In this document: piece after piece, positions 24,475 to 36,151 of the stretch
Layout: every line of letters starts with the position of its first letter
Position numbering within the stretch: position 1 is the stretch's first letter
NCBI RefSeq assembly: GCF_018977255.1
Contig: NW_024704742.1
Coordinates: 110,920,001-110,984,000 of the forward strand
Source of the DNA: Callorhinchus milii
Lineage: Eukaryota
Direction of reading: 5' to 3'
Length of the DNA: 64,000 nucleotides
Notes under the pieces: generated by a model
Told to the model about the DNA's origin: nothing
Seen by the model: the letters and a program-made list of their open reading frames with translations, nothing else
The model's database searches: none
Made by a program: the position numbers and the translations under genes

Positions 24475-26009
24475 GTAAGTACTGGCAAACTGGAATTACT
24501 AACAATTAGTAATTTCAGAAATTTATGGAAGAATTTCCTCCTGGGGCTAGATTTACTCTTTATTTGTGTTGCATTTTAAAACATCTGAATTTGGTACATT
24601 GTTGAATTGAGTCTTAACTATGAAGTTGATTAGTTTTCTGTTGTTGCTACTGTTAAAAGAGCTTACAGTGAATCAGCTTCAAAACTATGGATGCTTTTAA
24701 GAATTTGAAAAAGATTGGGATCCTCTAAAATGCTATATTGTGTAAAATATAGGTGGAATTTCTCCACTTTAATTTGTAATTTGCATCATTGTGAAATATT
24801 GTTTCCCCAAATATGCTCATATACAGACCAATTTCTTTTAGGATTTAGATACAATATGTTATGGGAAGGCTCATATCTTAGTAATGCAATTGATCAAAGG
24901 CATTAATCTGAACTAGCAGAATTACGACAAGATGAAAGAAAAAGATTGCTTATACTAGATAAAATTGGTCATTCAAGTCATGGCTGTTTGTGGATCATTA
25001 CTGTGCACAAATTGGCTGCTAAGTCGACTTATAAAATACACAGCCACTAACTACACTTTATGTAAAAGTAAATCCCGTGATGTGCTTTGAGACATCCTCC
25101 CGACACAACAGGCGTTATAATCACATGTAATGATTATGATTTACATTTTTATTATGAATGAAGTTTGTGTAGATTATTGTATTTTATGAAATTCATAGTA
25201 ACTATTAGATGTCGTGAGAGAAGCTGATGTAAGACAATGCTTCATTATAATAGCAGATGCAGATACTGTAATTGTGGTACAATAAACCATTTTATTTTTA
25301 AATGGGGTGTACAGATGAACATGTATTATCATATCATTAATCATGATCGAACACGGTGCAAAGCAGAAAATATGCATTTCATAAATTTATTTTACTTCCC
25401 AATCTAAATTTACTTCAGTGGTAAGACAAAGAAATTTATATAAGCAGCTAGACAGGAATTTTAACATTAGAAAATATACATCCACATACCAGAAACCCCT
25501 ATATCTGAAAGTGAATCTCCTATTGACTTTGGCTCAAGGCCTGTTTGTATCTGCCTGTGCTTCACTCTGTCACCACTTGAAACCTGGAACTTAATGATAG
25601 GTCTCAGTAAATATTTTTAATGATTCTGATTACTACAAGATTTTAATTATGAATATTTTATTCTAAGTCGTAGCCAGCATTAAGCAGGTTTGAGATGATT
25701 GTATGAGAGGTGCACAAACATAACAGCTTGTTGTGTATGTTGCAAAAAATAAAAATGGTAGGGAAATATTTTCAACACAATGTTATTAATGTGCTTATGG
25801 TGGACATATTTCACAATTCCTGCAAAAAAAAAAAGCATGGCAGCATTCAGTCCTTGAATGTTCTTTTCATTTCTGGGTATTTTGTATGCTGTGCAAAAAT
25901 ATCAAACAAAGGAACAATTACAGCTATTTGCGATCCTTCGCTGAATTGGGGCCCATGTCAATTATAGCTATAATTCTTGGAATAATGTGAGACTACAGGT
26001 ATACAAAAT

Positions 26010-26380
26010 TAGATTTGTATAGCGCCTTTCCCTTTGGGAGGGCATCCCAAGGTGTTGGACGTTCAGGGATTTGGAACCGAACGGGTGGGGGAGGGGGGGT
26101 GGGTGGTTAGGGAGGGTAGATGGTTAGCCAAAGGCATGGTCGAGAGGAGGATCTTGACACGTGCCATGAAGGAGGCAAGGGAGAGGGTGAGGCGAAGGGA
26201 ATGTGGGATGGAGTTCCAAAGGGTGGGGTTGGAGAGGCTGAAAGCCCGACCAGCGATTGTGGGCCAGGCGGGGGGCATGGAGCAGGCTGCTGAGTGGAGG
26301 GATTGGACAGGTTGATAAGGGGTTAGCAGGTCACAGAGGTAGGAAGGGGCAAGGCCGTGTAGGACCTTGAAGGTGATATG
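26010..26380 (-). mobile_element. L2 3' fragment (intron 3, antisense)
   Basis: FKVLHGLAPSYLCDLL..TIAGRAFS...LWNSIP on the minus strand, with tail. Confidence 0.88.
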
Positions 26381-26889
26381 ACTCATGAATATAATATATA
26401 ATACATATATATGGAGTGCACAGATGAGCACGTATTATGAAAAGATTGAACACGGTGCAAAAATTTGCTATATATATTTAATGTATATGACAAAAATTTA
26501 CAATCAAAAGTCTACATTGTCTCTACTTTCTGAAATTTGCAGAGCTGCTTCATATTATGAAGATATTTTCTTCATTCTGCCTCCACTAAGCTATTTATGG
26601 ACAGCACACTTTTAGACCTATTTCAAATGCCTTATGAAACGATTCATTGTAAATTGTAGCAGAGGCCACTGTTAATCCTTAAACAGCATAATTCATGACT
26701 ATTAATGGCAAATCATATCCCTGTACTGAATATATAACCCTGTGTCTTTAACTCAATACCAGTTGTGCCACTTCTTATAAGATTAAATTGTCCTAGACAG
26801 ACTGGAACACTTATGAAATGGCTCAATCTATGAAGCTAAAGAAACCTGCATGCCCTCATAAGTTTGTAAAGCTTTACACAATACGATCC

Positions 26890-27258
26890 AAAATTGCATT
26901 TGTATAGCACCTTTCACATCAGGAGGATATCCCAAGGCTCTGAACAGTCAGGGATTTGGACACAAGCGGGAGGGATTGGGGTAAGGGAGGATACAGGGTG
27001 GCGGAAGGCATGGTAGGAGAGGAGGGTCTTGAGACGTGCTGTGAAGGAGGCAAGGGAGGGACCAAGGCGAAGGGACTGTGGGATGGAGTTCCAAAGGGAG
27101 GGAGGTCAAAGGGTTGACCACCAATGGTGGGGCAGGCTGGGCAGGGGGCAAGGAGCAGGCCGGAGTCTACTGAGCGGGGAGTACAGACAGGTTAATAAAG
27201 GGTTAGCAGGCCAATGAGGAAGGGGCAAGGCAGTGGAGAGCCTTGAAGGTGAGGATGA
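26890..27258 (-). mobile_element. L2 3' fragment (intron 3, antisense)
   Basis: Homologous to 26010-26380, with the same tail. Confidence 0.85.
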
Positions 27259-27767
27259 TACATAATTCAAATACATATCTGATATATGACTAGTTGTAAA
27301 CCTAATAAATGATTGTGGTTTTGAAAAAAATATACATAACAAATTTGTTTAGTTGTGTAAACACTTTGCTTTCAAATTGCTTTAATTTTCTGCTATTTTT
27401 TCTCTGCAATTTGTGTAAACTGTGACAACCTCATTTCTATGTCTTGTTGGATAAGGCCTCTGATTTACCCATTATGCCTGTACAGTTGGTTAGCACTGAA
27501 CAATTGAAGCCAGAAAGATAACAGATTAGAGCTATATTAATTTAGTTAATCTTAGCTGGCCTTTGTGTCCCTACGTGATGGAGAGGCAGAATCCACCAGA
27601 ATCCTGCTTCTTATAATCATACAGAAATCCATTGTTAGAAGTGTAGGGGTGCAGCTTATTTGAGAACAGGGCTTTTTCATCTGTGATAATTCCCAAGTTG
27701 AAATATCCCTTCTCTTCCTCTTCCTCCTGCCCCCAACCCCCTCCAACAATTCTTAATCCAGAGGGTA

Positions 27768-28640
27768 GCAACAACAACAAATTACATTTGTATAGTGCCT
27801 TTCATGTCAGTCTAGGATCTGCACCTGAGCCTATGGTTAGAACCACGAGGGAGGGTAGGGGTAGGAAGGTGACCAAAGGCATGGTCAAAGGTGAGGGTCT
27901 TGAAGGAGGCAAGGGAGGGGGTTCCGGAGAGATGGGGGAGAGTGACTGAAGGACCTCCTGCCAATAGTGGGGCAGGCAAGGCAGGGGACCTGAAGCAGGC
28001 CGGAGCCAGCTGAGGGTACAGGTTGGCAGGGGCTTAGCAGGTCATGGAGGTAGGGAGAAGCAAGGCCGTGGAAGGGTTATCCTCCCAAGTAATGGGGAGT
28101 CAGTAGAGTTGGGCGAGGATGTGTGGGGGGGTGATAGGATTGCGGAGCCTGGTGTGGGAGAGGACACGGGGCTGGATCTGCTGTCTGGATGGAGGAGATG
28201 GGGAGGCTGACAAGCATGGAGTCGAGTCTGAATGTGGATGAGGGTTTCAGCAGCCTGCGGTGTGAGACCGTGGCAGAGCAGAGCAATGTTGCGGAGGTGG
28301 GGAAGGTGGAGCTAGTCATGGTACGGATGTGGGAATGAAGAACAGTTGAGGGTCGAACAGGATACCAAGGTTCCATATTGGCTCTGTGAGGTTATAGTGC
28401 ATCCATGGAGAGTGATGCTGTCAGCGCCTGAGGTATGGGAGCCAAGCAGGAGGGCCTCAATTTCATTGACATTCAACTCAAAGTTAGCTCTCATCCAGGA
28501 CTTGATGTCTGACAGGCAGTCAATGAGGACAGCAGTGGTCCTGGAGTCGAGAGTGGAGACGCATAAATAAGAGTTGGGTGTCATTCGCATACATGTGGAA
28601 GTTGACCCCATGTCTACGGATGATGTCACCAAGCCGTTAG
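27768..28640 (-). mobile_element. L2 fragment (intron 3, antisense)
   Basis: (caa)n tail; minus ORF with DCLSDIKSWMRANF; YADD codons at ~28578-28592 (gtcattcgcatac). Confidence 0.88.
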
Positions 28641-28644
28641 TGCA

Positions 28645-29632
28645 GACAACACCAAAATTGCACTTATAGAGCGCCTTTCATGTCGGGGGGACGTCCTAAG
28701 GCGCTGAACAGTAAGGTGTCGGGACCTGAGCATGGGGGAGGGGTAGTGTAGGGGTGAGGGAAAGCAGAGAGGTGGAAGGGCGACCAAAGGCATGATCGAA
28801 GAGAAGGCTCTCGAGACCGGCCTTGAAGGAGGCATGGGAGGAAGAGAGGCGAAGGGACCGTGTGATGGAATTCCAGAACGTGAGGGCAGAGAGGCTGAAA
28901 GCCCGGCCACCGATGGTAGGTTGGGTGGGAGACATGGAACAGGTCAGAGCCCGCTGAACGGAGGGAGCAGGCAGTTGGTAGGGAGTCAGCAGGTCAGTGA
29001 GGTAGGAGGGGGTAAGGCCATGGATGGCCTTAAAGGTGAGGACGAGGATCTTGAACTCTATCCTCTAGGGGATGGGGAGCCAGTGGAGTCGGGTGAGGGT
29101 GGGAGTGATGGGGTCACGGAGCCTGGTGCGCGAGAGTACATGAGCTGCAGAATTTTGGATGATCTGCAGCTTGTGAAGGGAAGAGTTGGGAAGGCCGATG
29201 AGAAGGGAGTTCCAATTATTGAGCCTTGATGTGATGAATGCCAGTGGAGTCGGGTGAGGGCTTTTGCAGCCTGAGGGGTGAGGCAATGGGGGAGTCTGGC
29301 AATGTTGCAGAGGTGGTGGTAGGCAGTGCTGGTCATGGCGCGGATGTGGGGTAGAAAGGACAGTTCAGGGTCAAACAAGATACCCAGCTTCCTGACTGGC
29401 TCAGTGAGGTTGAGTGTGCAGCCATGGAGGCTGATGCTGCCAGCGCCTGAGGTGCGGAGGCTCTCGTGTGAGCCAATCAGGAAGGCCTCGGTCTTGCTGA
29501 TGTTGAGTTGGAGAAAGTTGTCCCTCGTCCAGGACTTGATGTCAGACAGGCAGTCGGTCAGGACGCCAGTAGTCCTGGAATTCAGGGTGGAGGCAGAGAG
29601 GTAGAGTTGGGTGTCATCCTCATACATGTGGA
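28645..29632 (-). mobile_element. L2 fragment including RT C-terminus (intron 3, antisense)
   Basis: MYEDDTQLY...DCLSDIKSW..NFLQLNISKTE, SRLNNWNSLL, LHWLPIP. Confidence 0.92.
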
Positions 29633-30401
29633 TACAAAGTGGAGATACTGGGAGAGGTAGAATGTGAACCAGGCAAGGACAGGTCCGTGAAAGTTGAGAG
29701 GTACTGCAGGACTACCATCTCCTGCCTCTGCCTTTCAGAAAGATGAGAAGTTGAAATGTGAAGGAGAAAATTAGATATAGGGAATAAATAGCTATGCCAC
29801 TTTGACAGCCTGTGAATATGAATTTGTTACCTTTGTAATTTTAATATGTAATGAGATTTTTATTTAGTCTTCACAAATACCTTCCCTCCTTTTATAATGG
29901 GTATATTCCCACTACAAATATTTAGATTTTTGTTTCAAAACAATTTATGCAACTTTTTTTATTATATTATATATAGCTCTATATATCTATTTATCAGCAG
30001 GAAGGAATGACACTTTCTTAGTGATGTTTCCGTTTACAGATTTTTGACTGTTGTTTCTAGTCATGTTAATTCAAAACAAACAAAATAAGCCTTTCTCATC
30101 AGTGGTGTTTGAATGGTAGTATTTTTTAACTTGTTCATTTAATGTGATGGAATACAGGAGTGTGATTGGGTTGGGTACCAGCAATGAGAGTGGCATTGCC
30201 TAATCTTGTGCCTTCTACAGTATTGATGACGTGCCTGCATTAAAATTCTCTGTACGAATCGTTGATATCTTATGCTTCCAAATGTGTAGCAAAGATTTTC
30301 AGGAATTTATTGCTATTAATATGGCACCTTCCGTCATCATGAGAGACTATCTGCCTTGACGGGGAGCAGGAGTATTTACCGTGCTTTCTGTTCTTTTACA
30401 G

Positions 30402-30504
30402 TCACCACAGGCAGGCACAAAAGAGAAAACTCTTTGTTGCTGGTTCTGCTCCTCAGGCCCAATATCCCTAAGTGCCAAAATCGAACGGAAGGGCTACACA
30501 CCAG
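30402..30504 (+). CDS. ARRDC3: ARRDC3 coding exon 4
   Basis: Acceptor ttcttttacag|; SPQAGTKEKTLCCWFCSSGPISLSAKIERKGYTP; donor CAG|gtaaaa; 103 nt. Confidence 0.96.
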
Positions 30505-30569
30505 GTAAAAATCTAGAGGGCTGCATAGTACTATACTTGCTGTACTGGAAGTAACCCGTATAGAACCAC

Positions 30570-31000
30570 AATTGGCTGCCTGATGGCTCAATAAGTATGT
30601 ACGACATAGTGTACTAATAAGCCAAGTAGATGAGGAAGGTCCTGAATTCAATCCCTGGTCTGTGCTAAGTATTTGATCTCAGCTAGTTAGATGGTCAAGG
30701 GGCACCTGAATAGGTCTCAATATTACCAGACTGCAGAGGAAAGGTGAAATGATCAACCAGGATTTCTACTAATTCATTACTGGCCAGTATTCCCTGCTGA
30801 AAAAAGCACATGTGCTGATATCAGGATTGTAAAAAAAACTTAGCTTGGCTGTAATGCCTCCCAACAGTCAATTATGGAAACCACATCTTGTGGTGATGCT
30901 TCAGAGTTGTACATGAATGATGGTCACTTCAGCTAAGGAATATAGAGCCTCTCGTGTCCATGTATCTGATTGAACTCCAATTTGAGGTTCCTTCAGGAGA
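30570..31000 (+). repeat. Old SINE-like interspersed repeat, family unassigned. Related copies at ~14800-15000 +, 33910-34255 +, 34890-35270 +, 35660-35910 -, 45495-45865 +, 63620-63910 -
   Basis: Shared blocks such as ggtctgtgct..gatctcag, ccctgctg(g)aaa, gctgt(a/g)atgcc, actcactgtc and cttcaggaga between copies; highly diverged. Confidence 0.55.
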
Positions 31001-31768
31001 TGATTATCTGGTTTTACACTGGTGATCATATGGTTTAATAAACCATTTCTCTATTTTTTTAAATTAAAACATTTCAAATTTCTCTTCAGTTTACAGTTGC
31101 ACGTCTTTTTAATACAATCCTCCCCTACATTAGTAATGTAAAGAAAAATGGCCCAACTTGCCCCTCCTGACACTGACGACAGTAGCTTTTGCATTATTTT
31201 TACAACTGCAAATTGAAGTATAGCACCAACAGTGTTAATGAAATATTAATGTCACTTGTAGCACTTGCCTTCAGGGCAATACAAGATATTTTCTTGTCCT
31301 GGTGTTTGAGACAATTATCAGAGTTTGTAGATAAAGCCGAAGTAAACGCTTCCTTAAACTTTTTGTTAGTAGAATCTAATTAGTATTTAAAACATTGCGA
31401 TTTTAAAACTCCCTTCGTAACTGGGACCAAACAAAACATAGAAAGTAAGTGCAATTCACTTTCAATTATCTTTCTGACCCTATTGTTGAGTCCTTGATAG
31501 TGGAATTCTTATGATCAATTCAATTCCCTGTGATTTTTCAGAGCAGTAAACAGTTGGCATGAAGATAGCAATTTTAGGCCCCGAGCTCGGTTCAGTAGTG
31601 CCATTGACAACTGGCTCCCATCATGCTCCCATCATGTTAAAATACAAATATTGAAGACCACTGAGAAAAAGGTTAAATCAACTTATTTGACATGACGTAT
31701 TTAGAAGAAAATGTCACTTTTAATTTGGTTGTTTGAAATACAAAAATGCCTTTCTCCTCCTCCTTTAG

Positions 31769-32025
31769 GTGAATCAATTCACATATTTGCTGAAATTGAG
31801 AATTGTTCTTCCCGCATGGTAGTGCCAAAGGCAGCCATTTACCAAACACAGACTTTCTACGCCAAAGGCAAAATGAAGGAAGTGAAACAACTTGTAGCCA
31901 ACTTACGAGGAGAATCCCTGTCATCTGGAAAAACAGAAAGTTGGAATGGAAAACTACTGAAGATTCCACCAGTGTCTCCCTCGATCATAGACTGCAGTAT
32001 AATCCATGTGGAATACTCGTTGATG
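31769..32025 (+). CDS. ARRDC3: ARRDC3 coding exon 5 (arrestin-C domain)
   Basis: Acceptor ctcctttag|; GESIHIFAEIENCSSRMVVPKAAIYQTQTFYAKGKMKEVKQLVANLRGESLSSGKTESWNGKLLKIPPVSPSIIDCSIIHVEYSLM; donor ATG|gtaaat; 257 nt. Confidence 0.97.
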
Positions 32026-32243
32026 GTAAATTGGTTTCCTGAATATTGGTTTGCCTGCCTGACATTGTGCAAAGGAGTACAGAAAGTTCCTGTCTCGTTG
32101 GAAAAGACAGAACTTCACATGAGAGACTTAATATAATTTACTTCTTCTGATTTCCATATATCATCTCCCCTCTTCAGCCCCCCTCTCACTCGCACACAAA
32201 TTTAGCACATTCATTGAAATCTTTTGATCGGAATGCTCAAGAT

Positions 32244-32606
32244 ATAATAATCCTTGCATTTGAATAGTGCCTTATCACGTCATTGAGATGTCTCAAAGCG
32301 CGTCACAGAATATTTTGCAAAATTGATTGACTCTGTATTTTGTGGGTGATATGTGGCAGCCAAATGCACACAGCAGTTTCCCACAAACAGTTGTGGATTG
32401 AGTGACTTTTTTTGAGGGTGTATTACCCCCGGAAAGCGATCCACCAACCAACTAACAACTGGGTTCCTATTTATTGCTAGATAAACAGAGACGTGTGTGT
32501 GTGGTTAAAGACACACTTTCTTACGATTTTGCCCCGCCTGAGAATTCAACCCAGGTCCTCTTGCTTGCCAGGCGTGTCCTCTAACCACTACGATATGGGA
32601 CTCCAT
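32244..32606 (-). mobile_element. Older, longer variant of the SINE (intron 5)
   Basis: Same head and tail plus an extra ~60 nt internal segment shared with the 38444 copy. Confidence 0.85.
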
Positions 32607-33489
32607 GTAGTCTCCACATATTCCATAAACCTTGGCAGCTGCTTTTGTGGTTTCTTGGCTACCTTGCTATGTATGGTAGATGGCGAACCTGTCCAAGTCA
32701 CTAGCTGTCCAACAAGAGAAAAACAAGTAACTAACAGGCTTTTGCTCCCAATTTGTTTCTTGTAGGCTGCAAAAAATGTCCCCTATATTTTCCACATTTG
32801 TTCAAGTTCTGTGTTTTTTTTTAATGCCTTTGCTTTTGCAGAGGAGCAACTTGTGATAAAATGTATATTTTACTCGTATATAATCACCTTCAACCCCACC
32901 CCACGGTTGAACTTGGTAACCCATCAGCTTGTGGGTGGGGGGGTGTGGTGCGTGTTGATGGGTGTGTGTGTTGTGTGGATAGGGTTAAGGATTTTTATCC
33001 TTTTTTGAGTAAATCCACTTTTTTTGAATTTCAGCTCAACTTTTCTGATAGGTTAACTTGATTGACGTGAAGACTACACACCCCAGAATAGTTGCAAACA
33101 ATAGACAGAGGCTGCATCTAAGATCCACTTGATGTTTTGGGAAATGTGTGTGACATTGAGTGTGGCACTGTGGTTTTGTGGAACTTAGCTGTGATTAATC
33201 ATCAAAACCACATCGCCAGTTTCTGTAAAGTCAAATCAAAATCTTTTTTGTAGAACACGGTGGCTCAATAGGCAGTGGTTTATAGGCTTAAAATAGTTCT
33301 GAAATAAAGCATTTTGAGGAATTGCATAAAATGCCCTTTTCTCCTTTGCTGGTAAGGTTTTGTTTCCATGTGTTTTGCCAGGTGTTACTCATTTTGAGAA
33401 GGGAGGCATGGATGTGAAGGGAGCAATAGCACACTATTTGCTTTAGTATCTTCTTGTTTTGAAGATTGCATTGCATTAAGGACTGAACG

Positions 33490-33740
33490 TTTGCCTGTTC
33501 AGGTGGATGTTGAGGATCCTATGACACTATTTGAAAAGAGAATGGAGTTCCTGACCAACAATCCCTCAAATAAAATTGATCACTCACTCCATGACTGTTT
33601 GTGGGACATTGCTGTGCGCAATTGGCTGCTGTGTTTTGCCCACAAAATACAGTCAATCCACTTTACAATTTATCATTTGAAGTGCTTTGAGAAATCTCAA
33701 AGATGAGATGCTACATCAAATGCAAGGATGATTATTATTC
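33490..33740 (+). mobile_element. Older DeuSINE-like element (intron 5)
   Basis: Homologous to 13635-13880. Confidence 0.75.
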
Positions 33741-34341
33741 TTTCGAAAATGTGAAAGGTAGATATATTTATTAGCATTAAAAAAAGGTCCAATTTTTAAA
33801 TGCCACTTTACAAATTTACTTCAATGTAAAATTTTTATATCTTAACCTTGTTGCATTTTCTTGATGTTATTTCTGAAATATAATGTTTGATGAGAAATTG
33901 TGGTCATTTCCCAGATGTGGCTCAATGGATAAATGCGCCTCTTGGTGTCGTGTTGAGCTGTACAGATCAGAAAACTCCCAGGCTAACTTCATAGTTAGCT
34001 TCAGTTCCCTCAAACTTGGTGAAGGATGCAATATTGTAATCAGGCTGAATTCCTACTCCTGGTTAAAGCTCTATGCATGTTGGAAGAGATTGAGTAAAGA
34101 CAGAGTCTGACTTGACTCTGGTGGCTCCAAATTGCCCGATAATATCTGCTGGTCAGGTTTTTATATGGTAAATGACTACTTGGATACTGGAGGCCTTTGC
34201 CATCCATGGAACTGTAATCCCAGCATCACAGCCATTGTGTCTTAGTGGAGAAGTTTAAAACAAAATTGACTTGGTGTGTAGAATGACCGCATTGTGTTGG
34301 TGAAAGTTTCTAAGTGGTTATGTTATTTTATTTCCTTTTAG

Positions 34342-34560
<219 letters not shown>

Positions 34561-34635
34561 TAGGATGTAAATCATTGCAGTCAGATATAGCTGCACTTCA
34601 TTGAAAATAATGAGCTGTATCCATTTTTATTGCAG

Positions 34636-34790
34636 CACCGCCCAGCTATGCAGAAATTGTGTCAGAACAGCAACGACGGCACAATCTAGTTTCTGCAGCG
34701 GTACGAGATGAATTAGAAAGAGTGTTTGAGGGACCATTGTTCGCCTACATCCAGGAGTTTAGATACCAGCCTCCACCAGTATATTCAGAG
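34636..34790 (+). CDS. ARRDC3: ARRDC3 coding exon 7 with both PPxY motifs (PPSY 34638-34649, PPVY 34773-34784)
   Basis: Acceptor tttattgcag|; APPSYAEIVSEQQRRHNLVSAAVRDELERVFEGPLFAYIQEFRYQPPPVYSE; donor GAG|gtaaga; 155 nt. PPxY motifs bind NEDD4-family WW domains (established). Confidence 0.96.
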
Positions 34791-36088
34791 GTAAGAGTCT
34801 TGGGAACATAGAGATGTTTTATTAGTTAGAGTTGCTTATTGTATAGAGTGATCATTGATTGAATTGAGAGCTCTTCAATGTCTCCATGAGATTATTCAGT
34901 GTGAGTTTATTCGCTATACAGATGAGATTATAAAGTCTGAGGTTGTATTTTTAGATCTGTGCCGAGATAGGCTGATCTTTAGACAGAGCGGCACAAGGGG
35001 ATCTATGTTTCGTCTCAGTGCCCCAGGTTAGGGAGGAAAAATTCAGCGAGGCATCCTTTTCCGATGGTGACAGTAGATCCCTGTTGGAAGTATAGGTCTG
35101 TAGACATCAGCTAAGGACATGATTTGGTTTGCTGTGATGCCCACTCTGATCAGACAGCTGGTCAATACTCACTGTCAGCCTCGTATGTAAATAAGTCACT
35201 TGGCAACCAGCACACATGGAACCAAAGTAAAAGGAAAAATGAGTCCGATTTATTCATGAAGGGAGAAAATTGGTGATTCGCATAAAAAGATTGCATTTTC
35301 TAACTATGTGAACCTGAAATATTTGAAGGTGTTCATAGTTTTCTCGGAATTGGTTTCTTCTTCTTCATTGTACATAGTTCAAATAGACAAGAGGTCTGAC
35401 AGGTGATCTGTTTTTAGGCCTTTGCCATGTTATATCTAACTACAGTTAACTCGTAGTACCATACAGAATGTAAACCTGCAACTTTCACTTGCTTAGTGCA
35501 ACTTGCGATGCCTTTACCCGATAATATCCCTTTACTACTGGGAAACATTTAATTTTTGCTTGGCTTTGAAGTATCATTAAGTTGATCTATGAATTAATTC
35601 TTGCTGGAGTATAGTTCTGTGGGCACCTTCAACCTCAGCACTACCATCTGATTCTTCCTATATGAGAGTGGATGGTGAGCATCAGTGTGGTATTTCACTG
35701 TGGAGCATCGCATCCAAATCTGAGCTCGTCTAGACCCAAGATGCGCATACGCATGAGAAGGGTCAATGGATAGATTCTCCCCCCACCCTTACCCAGGGTC
35801 AGCCCAGGGATGCTGAGGCTAAGTGTGGCTAAGGTGACAGAGCAAGGAATGTTCTATATGATTTACTACATTGGTGGGATTGGGGTGGGGGTAGGGTCAT
35901 TCACTGAGCTGTTGGGGAAGCCTGAGTGGATATATTAATTGTCACAATATTATGACTACAATATTTTTTCAGTAGTAAAGGTTCTTAAGACTTTGTTCAG
36001 CTTCAGACTGGTGAAACCTGTGACAATATCGCATTGTGAAAGGAATAGGTATGTTTCTGTATGTTTATTTATTTTATTTGTATTCCAG

Positions 36089-36151
36089 GTTGATCCTAAT
36101 CCCGATCAGTCGAACCAGAATAGAGAGGTGAGACCCTGTTCCTCCCGCTGA
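36089..36151 (+). CDS. ARRDC3: ARRDC3 coding exon 8 (terminal)
   Basis: Acceptor tattccag|; VDPNPDQSNQNREVRPCSSR then TGA. Confidence 0.94.
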   Translation, partial: VDPNPDQSNQNREVRPCSSR

